Shown here: in pieces, positions 51,726 to 64,000 of the stretch
Position numbering within the stretch: position 1 is the first letter of the stretch
How the letters are laid out: every line of letters starts with the position of its first letter
DNA from: Octopus sinensis
Taxonomy: Eukaryota
Assembly (NCBI RefSeq): GCF_006345805.1
Contig: NC_043013.1
Location: forward strand, 52,018,001-52,082,000
Length of the DNA stretch: 64,000 nt
Direction of reading: 5' to 3'
Program-made: the position numbers and the translations under genes
Notes under the pieces: model-generated
What the model was told of the DNA's origin: nothing
What the model saw: the letters and a program-made list of their open reading frames with translations, nothing else
Database searches by the model: none

Positions 51726-52416
51726 ATTTTGAGATGCTCTGTGTTTCTTTCAATTACTTTAAATATAACAAAGAATTTAGTAAAATAACTTACTTATCAT
51801 TCAGCTAGTGTTAGGAACATAAATTGTGACTAAGGTTTGGTGGAAGATTTTAATTCAGAACTTTTGAAAATAAGACATTTGTACTACAGAGTCAGAGCCA
51901 GTTTCAGCCACGTTGGTAACAAAAGGGTTAGGATTGTTTCTCTATTATATATTTTAACCCTTTTGTTACCATATTTCTCTTGAGATGCTCTGTGTTTCTT
52001 TCAATTAATTTAGTAAAATAACTTATTTATCATTCAGCTAGTGTTAGGAACATAAATTGTGACTAAGGTTTGGTGGATAATTTTAATTCAAAACTTCTGG
52101 AAACAGGGTATTTTGTACTACAGAGCCAGAGGCAGTTTCAGCCAGGTTGGTATCAAAAGGGTTAAGGATTGTTTCTCTATTATATATTTTAACCCTTTTG
52201 TTACCATATTTCTGTTGAGATGCTCTGTGTTTCTTTCAATTAATTTAGTAAAATAACAAAGAATTTAGTAAAATAACTTATTTATCATTCAGCTAGTGTT
52301 AGGAACATAAATTGTGACTAAGGTTTGGTGGATAATTTTAATTCAGAACTTCTAGAAACAAGACATTTGTACTCAGTCAGAGCCAGTTTCAGCCAGGTTG
52401 GTAACAAAAGGGTTAA
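51726..52416. mobile_element. Three tandem piggyBac-type MITEs
   Basis: TTAACCCTTTTGTTACC / GGTAACAAAAGGGTTAA ends; TTAA at 51954, 52162, 52189 and 52413; period 235 bp. Confidence 0.85.
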
Positions 52417-53722
52417 ACAACCAAATGACTTTCTAGCGGTCTAGAATATATGTTTGTTTGTAGCAGCAATATGGTCAAAAATTAGGGAGCAATTCTTTCT
52501 TGTGGGTCACCGTTGTGGGTTGTCAAAGGTCAGAAATTATTTGACTTGGAAATATTGTCTGTCTCTCAAGAGAAAGTCAACATCATTTTGGGTATTTAGA
52601 ACAGTTCTTGATATTTTTTTTGTTATCCTGGAACCATTCTATGATCTTCCAAAAAGTCATGGAACAGATATGTATATTTTGTGAGTAACTCCTCCCCTTA
52701 CAGCAGGGATGAAATAGCAGGTCATTAGAACATAAATTAGAATGCTCCTCTCTGTGCTGTGAGTTCAAATCTCACTAAGGTCAACATGACTTTTTATTCT
52801 TTTGGGGTATATACCAGTCAAGTACTGGGATCAGTGTTATAAACCCTCTCCTAAACAATTGCTGGCCTTGTATCAAAATTTGAAACTGTTGTTGTTGTTG
52901 TTGCTGTTGTTGATGTTGTTGTTGTTGTTAAGGTGGCAAGCTGGTAGAATGGTTAGCAGCATTTCGTCTGCCGCTACATTCTGAGTTCAAATTCTGCTAG
53001 GGTCAACTTTGCCTTTCATTCTTTCGGGGTCAGTTAAATAAGTACCAGTTATGCACTGGGGATCGATGTAATCAATTTAATCCCTTCCCCCAAATTTGAG
53101 ACCCACTCCTCTCAAAATGACTGACCTTGTGAGTAAATCAGAAGCAGTTTTGAAAGAAAATACTCATTCTCTTAAACGACTGCTGCTTCATTTAACCCTT
53201 AAACACCAGATGTCATTAACTGATGTTTCATTAGGGAACAGCAGACATCATCAAGTGATGTTTCAAAAATTTTGCATGGATATGGCCACCATCATCAAAG
53301 TGAAGTGAATATTTTACGGTACTTTTTGATATCAAAATTATAAATTTTATTGTACGAGAGACTAACACTTACTATGGTTTTTGTACTTAGCGAGAAAATA
53401 AGCATAAAAATTACCTATTTCTTTACTACCCACAAGGGGCTAAACACAGAGAGGACAAACAAGGACAAACGGATTAAGTTGATTATATTGACCCCAGTGC
53501 GTAACTGGTACTTATTTAATCGACCCTGAAAGGATGAAAGGCAAAGTCGACCTCGGTGGAATTTGAACTCAGAACATAGTGGCAGACGAAATACCAGTAA
53601 GCATTTCGCCCGGCGTGCTAACATCTCTGCCAGCTCACCGCCCTTAAACATAAAGATTACCTTTAAGAAAAAGCGATTTTTTTTGCTCGTTTAGCATACA
53701 TTCAAGCAGCCCTTCCTCACAG

Positions 53723-53946
53723 TTGACCCTTCAAAATTCAGATTAATCTCTCAAATGTAATGCTTATTTCTTCAGATTGATTTGAATTGATTAAGCATTA
53801 TCTCAAAGCTTTGAGATTTCTATGATTTGGTTGTTTATTTTTAGAATGACATTGTGGTGTCAGTGTGATAGGTTGGATCTGGTCAGGTATAAAGAAGATA
53901 AAATATTTAGGCCAAATATGGCCAGGTTAAATGCTAAAGGGGTTAA
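53723..53946. mobile_element. piggyBac-type MITE, second family
   Basis: TTGACCCTT..ATTCAGATT at the left, AATGCTAAAGGGGTTAA at the right. Confidence 0.6.
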
Positions 53947-54664
53947 TGGTTAATACCTAATCACAATTAAGGTGCTGGCAGGAATTGTCTGTAGAATATT
54001 GGTATGGGTTGTTATAACTGGCATTCTGTCAGTTACGATGACGAGGGTCCCAGCTGATATGATCAACAGAACAGTTTGTTTGTGAAATTAACGTGCAAGT
54101 GGCTGAGCACTCCACAGACATGTGTACCCTTAATGTAGCTCTCAGGGAGATTCAGCATGACACAGAGTGTGACAAGGCTGGCCCTTTGAAATGCAGGTAC
54201 TACTCATTTTTGCCAGCTGAGTGGACTGGAGCAACGTGAAATAAAGTGTCTTGCTCAAGGACACAACGCATCACCGGGATTTGAACTCATGACCTTACAA
54301 TCATGAGCCGAATGCCCTAACCACAAAGCCACACGTCTTCATTGGTTCCTATAAATGTCCAATAACAAAATAGGTCTAAGAACCACAGCAGTAGGGGACA
54401 ACTTTAAAATGAATCTTTCTGTAGATGTGTACAATGTTAATTGTGGGGGTCACATGTATGAAGGTCTCATACATTGTTGAGGCACATGTTCTGGAGTCAT
54501 ATGGTTGCACCTCACATGTTTTAGTGGGTGGGGGACATATTTTGGAATCACGTGTGTTGGGTCACATGCTCTAAATTTTGAAACTTGATATGCTATGATT
54601 CTGTGAATTATCTCTGTACCATTCTCTCACTCTTTCCCTCTGTGTATGTATATTTATACTTTGC

Positions 54665-54700
<36 letters not shown>

Positions 54701-55540
54701 CCCCCAACACACATATAAGTGTTCTCTCCCTCTATCAATTTGTCTATCTATCTATCTATCTATGCACACACATTCATACATACACACACATGCACACACA
54801 TTCATACATACATGCACACACACACACACACACACATACATGTTTTGTCCCCTCGCTATCACCCATCTCTGCTTCGCATCTCCACTTCAATATTTCTTAT
54901 TTCTATCTCTGTATAGTTCCATCCTCCATAATCTTACATAAATGACATAACCTGAAGGAATTGGTATATTCCTGTCCACACAAACTGACAATACTTTCTC
55001 TATCCCCTTCCCCCACACACTTTATATATACATATATATATGTGTGTGTGTGTGTGCATATGTGTGTGTATATCTACACACCTCATACATGTAGCCAATT
55101 CCAGGTCACAGAGATAATACTATTTCTCTTCCTCTCTCTCTCTCTCTCTGCATATTTAGACATTCAGATTTGCCACACAAACACATGTATATAGTTCATG
55201 GTATGTTCACACACTCACAGATCTAGACATTCCACACACACACACACACATGCACAATTTACAGTCTATTCTCTCAGACATTCCGTCAACAACCACTTAC
55301 GCATATTTATAACACAGTTCATTGACATACACATCTGCACACACACACACACCACAGAGTACAGTACAGTGTAAATATATACACACAACAATCTACACAC
55401 ACACACACACAGAGTCAGCAATGTGTTCATAATTCACACATATAGATACACAGTTTATATCTTATCTACACAAACTCACACATTCACTCAACAACCACTC
55501 ACATACAGTACAGTCCACATGCATATACATGCAGAACAGC

Positions 55541-55580
<40 letters not shown>

Positions 55581-55714
55581 CACAATGCTAGAGAACAGAG
55601 TAACTAGTAGCAGATCCAAATTCAAATTGTAGGAAGTAGAATTAGAATCATGGGAAAATCCGAAAGGAATTGTGGGAAGAGATTGAATCATGCAGAGGGG
55701 TAAAGAAAAGAAGG

Positions 55715-56120
55715 AGAGATAGATAGATAGATAGATAGACAGACAGATAGATAGACAGACAGACAGATAGACAGACAGATAGATAGACAGACAGACAGGA
55801 AGATAAAGAGATAGATAGACAGACAGATAGATAGACAGATAGACAGACAGACAGGAAGATAAAGAGATAGATAGACAGACAGATAGATAGACAGATAGAC
55901 AGACAGATAGATAGATAGACAGGAAGATAAAGAGATAGACAGACAGATAGATAGACAGACAGACAGATAGATAGATAGACAGGAAGATAAAAAGATAGAC
56001 AGATAGATAGATAGGTAGATAGACAGACAGATAGATAGACAGATAGACAGACAGACAGACAGATAGCTAGATAGACAGACAGATAGATGGATAGGCAGTC
56101 AGATAGAGAGAGAGAGAGAC
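55715..56120. repeat. (GATA/GACA)n with recurring AGGAAGATAAAGA interruptions
   Basis: Direct inspection. Confidence 0.9.
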
Positions 56121-56216
56121 AGTGTGTGAAAGTAATTGTTGGGTTCTGTGAAATTTTCTTTAGTTCTTTAGCTTGGCTTAGACATAGCCTTGGCCATGCT
56201 GGAGCATTTCCTACAC

Positions 56217-56823
56217 CAGTGATTTTCAACTGGGGACCATATGACTCTGCACGGTTTATTCTTTTATTTTTTATTTGTTTCAGTCATTTGACTGCGGCCA
56301 TGCTGGAGCACTGCCTTTAATCGAGAAAATTGACCCCAGGACTTATTCTTTGTAAGCCTAGTACTTATTCTATCAGTCTCTTTTGCTGAACTGCTAAGTT
56401 ACTGGGATATAAACACACCGGCATCGGTTGTCAAGCGATGTTGGGGGACAAACACAGACACAAAACATATGCATACACATACATATATATATATATACAT
56501 ATATACAATGGGCTTCTTCCAGTTTCCATCTACCAAATGCACTTACAAGGCTTTGGTCGGCCCGAGGCTATAGTAGAAGACACTTGCCCAAGGTGCCACG
56601 CAGTGGGACTGAACCCAGAACCATGTGGTTGGTAAGCAAACTACTTACCACACAGCCGCTCCTGCGCCTATAAGACATAATTCTACAATACACTAAATGT
56701 TTTTTTTATACAATTCCAAATAATTTTCAATAATATTTAAACATTGACTGGCTATGAGGGCCCACTCGAGTAAAATAGGAACCGAAAGGGTCCATAGGTG
56801 AAAAACATAGTTGAGCACCTCTG
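56217..56823. mobile_element. hAT/Charlie-type MITE interrupted by a composite SINE A (56260-56668, -)
   Basis: CAGTGATTTTCAAC / GTTGAGCACCTCTG ends; 8-bp flanks TCCTACAC / CCCTAAAC (6/8 identical). Confidence 0.7.
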
Positions 56824-57090
56824 CCCTAAACAGGTTAGTGTTCTGTCTTCATCATCACCATTGCTTTAACACCCATTATACTTAACATTCTCCATGCTTG
56901 CATGGGTTGAATTGAGTTTGTTGAGACAATTTTCTTTAGTTGGATGCTCTTCCTGGTGCTAACCCTCATTTATTTCCAAGCAGGATAATACTTTCCAGTG
57001 GCCAGACATGTTTTCACGAAATATTGGAAATGAATGACATTGCCTTATGAATGTGACACTTCTTTACAACTATTATGTGATGTCAAATCA

Positions 57091-57128
<38 letters not shown>

Positions 57129-57910
57129 AATTTCATTTTTTCAAACCAAAACAGTGCAAGTTAAAAATACAGGTCAGTGGTAGTTCGATATTTTAGGGTT
57201 GGGACCCTTTCTTCAAGAAATCTCTGTAATTTTTTAGTTGGTGGGTCCACAAATTAGTTGACGTTGTTCTGCTTTGGTTGTTGTCTTCTGTTTGTAGATG
57301 TCTCATTTGAGAGAAATATATATATGTAACTGATATGGAGAGACCCCTTCGGTCATGAAAGTTACCCTTCGAGGCACAAGTCCAAGCAAGGTTGTTTGTG
57401 GAAGGCCAGCGCTCGCCCATGCATACCAGCCTCCCTGCTCTATACCACTGATGTTATCCAAGAGAAAGGCAAAGGCTGATACAGCCTGGCACCTGTGACG
57501 TTGCAACTCATTTCTACAGCTGAGTTGACTGTAGCAACATGAAATAGAGTGTCTTGCTCAAAAACACAACATACACCCCTGTCTGGGAATCGAACTCACA
57601 ACCTCATGATTGTAAGCTTGATGCTCTAACCACTGAGCCATGTGCCTTTGTAACCAATATAGTACCTTTATAAATGGGGCTAATTTAGCTGTTTCTCTGT
57701 AGAATGAAAAAATGATGAGCAATCTTGATTGATTTTCGAATCTTACTAGATTCCCATCTGAAGTGCTTACATCAATTTGACCAGTCCCAGAGAAACAAAC
57801 TATTAAGCTGTTGAAAATCCTTTATCTGATTTTCCAAGATCTAAAACCTCTAAAATGCAAAGTTTGCTTTTGATTGAAAAATGTACATCAAATCAGACAT
57901 TCTTGAAATT

Positions 57911-58214
57911 CAGTTTCTATATTTAAGAGATGAAGAATTATGTACATTATTTCCATCTGACGGATATTTGTCCTCATCTTGTTTGTTGTTAACACAACTT
58001 TTCTGCTGATACACCCTCCAGTCTTCATCAGGTGTCTTGGGGATATTTCGAACCCGGGTTCTCATTCCTAAGGTATTTTTCAATGATGATGATGATGACA
58101 ACAACGACGACGAAGACGACGACGACGACGACGTTGTTGTTCAGGTCGCTGCTTGGAATCGAACTTGGAATCTTGGGGTTAGTAGCTTGCGCTCTTAACC
58201 ACTACACCATATGC
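57911..58214 (-). mobile_element. tRNA-headed SINE with hammerhead-ribozyme tail, left arm of the dimer
   Basis: Box A (58199-58209), box B (58155-58164), microsatellite linker, then ACAC-CTGATGA-A-GACTG..CAGCA-GAAA-AAGTT-GTGT. Confidence 0.85.
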
Positions 58215-58220
58215 CTGTGA

Positions 58221-58430
58221 GCATATGGCGTAGTGGTTCGATTCCAAGCAGTGACCTGAATAATAATAATGATAATAATCATAATAACAACATCAAAAAA
58301 TACCTTAGGAATGAGAACCCAGGTTCGAAATTTCCCCAAGACATCTGATGAAGGCTGGAGGGTATATCAGCCGAAATGTTGTGTTAACAGCAAACAAGAT
58401 GAGGACAAATATCCGTCGAATGTAAATAAT
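58221..58430 (+). mobile_element. tRNA-headed SINE with hammerhead-ribozyme tail, right arm (35-bp deletion between boxes A and B)
   Basis: TGGCGTAGTGG fused to TTCGATTCC; (AAT)n linker; same tail as the left arm. Confidence 0.85.
58341..58384 (+). ncRNA. Minimal type I hammerhead ribozyme motif (Penelope-type), best-preserved copy
   Basis: Stem I ACAT/GTGT, core CTGATGA (58345-58351), stem II GGCTG/CAGCC, GAAA (58373-58376), TGTT (inferred CpG decay of CGTT). Activity untested. Confidence 0.7.
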
Positions 58431-58599
58431 ATTCTTGAAATTGTTTGGAAATGTTTTTCTGAAAAAAATGTTGTACAGAAATTACTTTAACATTATCATG
58501 AAAGTATAGAAAATGAAAATGATGTGTTATGAGGTGGCCTGGCTAATTCCCATCTATTAAAGTGGTTTGTGAATTGAGCTGTGGCAATGTAGAGGATGA

Positions 58600-59150
58600 G
58601 CCTAGTGTCAGTTCAATGACTAGCAATAGCACAGGCCCTCAGAAGTTCTGGGTTGGTGTCCAGTATGCTGGAAGACCATTGGGAGTGGGGCACCCCCTTA
58701 GCTTTTGTTAAAGCATGTCTCTAGAATTTGCTTCAAACTTGGGCTACGTCTGCTCTGTTAATCAGTGAATCCTCTGCAATGGTCAGCAGTTGATAGCTAG
58801 ATGAGCTGCTATGGATCACACTGTCCCAAAGTGTGCGTGCATGTGACCAGAAATCACATGTGAAGTTGTACTCTCACTGGAGCTCTACACATCAAGAGTG
58901 AATGATGATCACGGCTATGGCATCTGTGCCATCTGATGCACTTGGTTCCCAGTGGGATATTTCATTACAACTTCAATTGCAGCTGGCCGTTGGATGTGGT
59001 CAGCTTTTGTGAGGAATGTGGTGAACTTATTGGATAGAGCTGGCTTGACCCACCCTTCAGTGAATGCCACTGCAAGTACAAGGGCTGAAAAGAAGACTCT
59101 TCAGGCTTGCAGGAGGCAAGGCCACCTCTTTTGTGCTGGTGCCACAGACA
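58600..59150 (-). mobile_element. Possible ancient LINE AP-endonuclease remnant
   Basis: Scattered motifs SGIH*RVG, VISGHMHAHFG (cf. GDFNAH) and TCFNK..PNG; heavily decayed. Confidence 0.3.
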
Positions 59151-59899
59151 AATGCACACTTTACTCTCACTGAAGTGGTTGATATTAGGAAGGGCATCCA
59201 GCCATAGAAAGTATGTGAAACACTAAAACATTGATGCATGGGTTGCTTTCCTTTGACTTGTGGGATCCTGATGTACCATCGAACCCAAGCTAGCAAGGAA
59301 GATAGATATTAAAACGATGATAATGTTGGTAATCATAGGGTGATGGTGATGATGGTGATGGTGATGACGTACAGCTGTTTTATGTGGTTAATAAGCTAAA
59401 AAGGAAGGTGTAAAAGATGGATTTGTTTTGGTGAAAAGGAAAGTGTTCCCTAAGGGAGACTTCTTCAGGTTGTGTGGAACTGGGACTGGTGCCAAACTTA
59501 TTTAAAAATGACCTCCACTGTATATGTATCATTAGCGTTGCTGTTGTCATCATCACCCCACCACCACCACCATCACCATTATTGCCATCATCATCATCAT
59601 CACCATCATTTTCATCCCCACTATTATCATCATCATCATCACCATTGCCATCATCATTTTCATCATCATCATCATCATCCTCATTGTTTTAATGTCCGTT
59701 TTTCCATGTTTGCATGGGTCAGACAAGAGTATGATGGTGGGTTTTTATTCTATGGCTGGATGTCCTTCCTATTGCTTAACTCCAGCCTGTTTCCAAGTGA
59801 GGAAATAATTTCCCAGTCTGTCTAACAGCAAACAACCTGGACATGTTTTTATGTGGAGAAATGGAAATGAATAACATCAGTTGAATAAACCTTTTGTTT

Positions 59900-60395
59900 A
59901 GAATGAAATTGAAATTGAACCAAATCCTATGACTGGCACCCGGCCGTTGCCAGTGCTGCTGGACTGACTCCTGTGCTGGTGGCAAGTAAAGAAACACTGT
60001 TTCGACCCTGTGCTTGAGGAGACCTATTGAGTCAAGTACATCAACATAAAAAATCGATGGAAATTGTAGTTGTGATCCCTGTGCTGGTGGCACATAAAAA
60101 GCACCAACCAAACATGGCCGATGCCAGCGCCGCCTTGACTGGCTTCCGTGCTAGTGGCACATAAAAAGCACCAACCAATCGTGACCATTGCCAGCCTCGC
60201 CTGGCACCTCTGCTGGTGGCATATAAAAAGTACCCACTACAATCACAGAGTGGTTGGCGTTAAGAAGGGCATCCAGCTGTAGAAACACTGTCAGATCAGA
60301 CTGGAGCCTGGTGCAGCCATCTGGCTTCCCAGACCCCGGTCAAACTGTCCAACCCATACTAGCATGGAAAACAGACGTTAAATGATGATGATGAC
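59900..60395 (+). mobile_element. RTE-type 3'UTR with (ATG)n tail
   Basis: Same family as 30735-31330. Confidence 0.8.
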
Positions 60396-60883
60396 ACACA
60401 CACGTACACACTCACACACTCTGTAAAATGGTTGGCATGATGAAGGGCACCTATGTATAGAAAGCATGTCAAAATTGAGTCATCAGAAAAAGAAAAGTTC
60501 CTTCAACATGTTGAATCGTCCAACCCATGTCAGTGAAGAAGGTGCATATGAAATAATAATGATGGTGATGATGATACATGCGAACACACACACACACATA
60601 CATTTATATATATTTATACATACATGATGATAGCCGTCCACTGAGGAAAACTATTACGGACCTTTAGGGACATTGTGTGCTTATGAGTACCTTATACTTA
60701 AAACTTGTGGCTTCGTTGGTGACTAACGAGCCCTGCTCTTGACAAACATACACAACTGCAAACATTGCAGACCAAGCTTTCTTTATTCATTACACTAGCA
60801 GTGTGTTTTCAAGCAGCACATTTAAATTCTTCATGAAGAATATGTGCTCTTTCAAAGGTATCGACTCCTTCCTTTACCTGTTC

Positions 60884-61712
60884 CGACACCAGGGCCGCCT
60901 GACTGGTTCCTGTGCTTGGTGGCACGTAAAAAGCACTATCTGAACGTGATCGATGCCAGGGGCACCAGTGAGCGACACCAGGGCCGCCTGACTGGCTCCT
61001 GTGCTGGTGGCACGTAAAAAGCACTATCTGAACGTGATCGATGCCAGGGGCACCAGTGAGCGACACCAGGGCCGCCTGACTGGTTCCTGTGCTTGGTGGC
61101 ACGTAAAAAGCACTATCTGAATGTGATCGATGCCAGGGGCAACAGTGAGCGACACCAGGGCCGCCTGACTGGCTCCTGTGCTGGTGGCACGTAAAAAGCA
61201 CTATCTGAACGTGATCGATGCCAGGGGCACCAGTGAGCGACACCAGGGCCGCCTGACTGGCTCCTGTGCTGGTGGCACGTAAAAAGCACTATCTGAATGT
61301 GATCGATGCCAGGGGCACCAGTGAGCGACACCAGGGCCGCCTGACTGGTTCCTGTGCTTGGTGGCACGTAAAAAGCACTATCTGAACGTGATCGATGCCA
61401 GGGGCACCAGTGAGCGACACCAGGGCCGCCTGACTGGCTCCTGTGCTGGTGGCACGTAAAAAGCACTATCTGAACGTGATCGATGCCAGGGGCACCAGTG
61501 AGCGACACCAGGGCCGCCTGACTGGTTCCTGTGCCAGTGACACGTAAAAAGCACCCACTACACTCTTGGCGTGGTTGGTGTTAGGAAGCTGTAGAAACCT
61601 TGCCAGATCAGATTGGAGCCAGGTGCAGCCTCCTGGCTTGCCAGTCCTCAGTCAAATCGTCCAACCCATGCCAGCATGGGAAACGGAAATTAAACGATGA
61701 TGATGATGATGA
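60884..61712 (+). repeat. Seven full 88/89-bp units plus one partial, running into an RTE-type 3' tail
   Basis: CGACACCAGGG at 60884, 60973, 61061, 61150, 61238, 61326, 61415 and 61503. Confidence 0.95.
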
Positions 61713-61839
61713 AGTGCTATGCACTAAACTGTCAGCCCTTGAGTAACTTATTAAGCTTTACAGCTGAAAATAGGAAAAAAACATGTAAATGCTCTCACCA
61801 AAACCTACACACACACACACACAAAACACACACACACAA

Positions 61840-61871
<32 letters not shown>

Positions 61872-62319
61872 ACACACATGCAATACATACACATACACAT
61901 GTGTTGATACGTGTGTGCTATACATACATACATTTAAAAATATTCAATATCTCTTGCTACGTAGTGACAGATCAATATTGTTCTATGGAAATATATTGGT
62001 AACACTGCTGTTGCTGCTGCTGCTGCTGCTACCACCTTCGCCACCACCACTATCTCTACAACCACTGCAACTATTGCCACTACTACCACCACCTCCACCA
62101 CCACCAACAATAACAGAGCCTGTACATGTTCAACCTGTATGCTAGAAATAACAGCCAAAATGGACTCATTGGATTGTGTAGTCTTAGGTACACGATGCTC
62201 CTGTCATCTAAGAAAATATGTAGGAGGTCAAGGCTGGAATTATTTTGATCATAGATTTGCTCCTCAGGCAGTGTTGACCTGGGGTTAAATAGCAGCCATT
62301 CGATTTTGATTTCACCCTA

Positions 62320-62900
62320 TTACTTTTCAATCTCTTCTGCTTTCCTTTTCTCCCCCTCTTTCTTTCTAGCTTTATTATCTCTCCTTTTCCCTCTTCTTCT
62401 CTCTGTTTCCCTCCACCCTCTCTCCTTCTTCCCCTCTCTCACTATTCCTCCCCTTCTAACTCTTCCCTTTTCTCACTATTTCCACCTCCCTCTTTCAGTC
62501 TCCTCTCCCCGTCCCTCCCGTTGTTGTCCTCTCGCTGCCTCTCACTCTTCCTCTACTTGTTTTCTCTCTTTCCCTTTACTTTGTCTATCTTCTCTCTTTC
62601 TCTCAATGTACCACTTTTCCCCCTTCCTTTCTCTTTTTCCTTCTTTACCTCCCCTCCCTTCATCCCCCTCTCTCTATTCCTCCCCTTCTATCTCTTCCCT
62701 TTCCTCATTCTCTTTCCCTCCACTTCACTCCACCTACTCTCCCTTTTCCTCTCTATCCCTTCTTTTATCACCCTTTCTCCCACCCACTCTTTTTCCTCCT
62801 TCACTCATTTTCTCTGTTCCCTCTCCACCCCTTGTCCCTTTGTCCCTCCCTCTCTCTCTCTCTCTCTCTTCCCTTCTCTATCTCTATCCTTCAACCCCTT
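62320..62900. repeat. CT-rich low complexity
   Basis: Direct inspection. Confidence 0.9.
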
Positions 62901-63107
62901 CTGATCTAATTCTCTATTACTTCACATCAATAACAGTCAACACCATAAAAAAATTAATAAATAAAGAAACAAGCGTCCCAAAGCGAGTTCCTGGCTTTCT
63001 TCCACATTTTGTTTCCCAGTTGGCGAGTCACTTCCCATCACTTCACATTGATTATGCATTGATTAAACTCTACTGAGGAGAGCATGGGTCAGGAGGGTAG
63101 CCCCCCC

Positions 63108-63295
63108 CCTTGTTCGGATGTCTGATGCACAACTCCTCAAAAGACTGTTTTACAACAAAACTGGCAAAAGGCAAGGACACATAAGGTAGACAGAACCAGC
63201 ACTTCAAGGACACACTCGAACCCTCACTGAAGTATTTTGAGATCGACCCTGACACCTGGAAAATGTAAACATAGGACTGCCCTGCCAGGTGAGGC
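63108..63295 (+). mobile_element. RTE (BovB-like) RT C-terminal remnant
   Basis: LVRMSDAQLLKRLFY..HFKDTLEPSLKYFEIDPDTWK. Confidence 0.75.
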
Positions 63296-64000
63296 TGAAC
63301 CAACAGAGGTACCTATTTCTTTACTACCCACAAGGGGCTAAACACAGAGGGGACAAACAAGGACAGACAAACGGATTAAGTCGATTATATCGACCCCAGT
63401 GCGTAACTGGTACTTAATTTATTGACCCCGAAAGGATGAAAGGCACAGTCGACCTTGGTGGAATTTGAACTCAGAACGTAGTGGCAGACGAAATACCATG
63501 AAGCATTTCGCCCAGTATGCTAATATTTCTGCCAGCTCGCCAACGGAGGTGCCATCTCGTACAAAGAGAAGTTGGAGTGTAGAGAAAACCTGAACTGTGC
63601 AAGTCCAGAGCCAACCCCTTGCCTTGTGACCCAGCAGACCACCAGAGCCTGACTTGTGGTAGGGCCTTCCAAATATGCATTGGACAGTTTTGACCACAGC
63701 CAGACACACCATGCCCTGTCTTCTCTTGTGTGATGTCCATGGTCATTGTTAACAATGATGGATGAATGGTCAGCTGGCAGAATCATTATTGCACCAGCGA
63801 TAGTGCTTAGTGACATTTCGTCCATCTTCACGTTCTGAGTTCAAATTCTGCCAAAGTCATCTTTGCCTTTCATCCTTTCAGAGTTGATGAAATAAGTACC
63901 AGTTATGCGCTGGGGTTGATGTAATTGACTTACTTTCCCCACCAAAATTGCTGGCTTTGTGCCAAAATTTGAAACCACCATTATTATTACCGATTTCTTT

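Noticed and set aside
60884-61554. CRISPR-like array
   Set aside because: Units are near-identical along their full length with no unique spacers, no cas genes are present, and the context is eukaryotic
62306-63076. 256-aa S/P/L/F-rich ORF
   Set aside because: Translation of CT-rich low-complexity DNA with no domain

Overview
Repeat-dominated eukaryotic DNA. The SINE and RTE-tail families with (ATG)n tails, plus dense AT/AC microsatellites, point to a cephalopod, probably Octopus (inference). The only host coding sequence I can support is one large exon (20877-21806, +) encoding the N-terminal 310 aa of a GH31 lysosomal alpha-glucosidase (GAA)-like protein: a long N-terminal tail, one transmembrane helix and a trefoil domain. 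I found no next exon in the following ~42 kb. The rest is decayed or non-autonomous mobile DNA: tRNA-derived SINEs; RTE, CR1 and L2-like LINE pieces; mariner, maT (DD37D), Tigger and Helitron remnants; a solo LTR; and several MITEs. Main highlights: (1) a tRNA-headed SINE ending in a Penelope-type hammerhead-ribozyme motif, present as a head-to-head dimer bounded by a perfect 12-bp target-site duplication (57911-58430); (2) a 5.4-kb 16-bp minisatellite grown inside an RTE-type 3' tail, which creates the spurious 1834-aa ORF; (3) the same RTE 3' region seeding arrays of 26, ~63, 88/89 and ~191 bp. All coordinates, counts and alignments were read by eye and may be off by a few bases. No database search was run.
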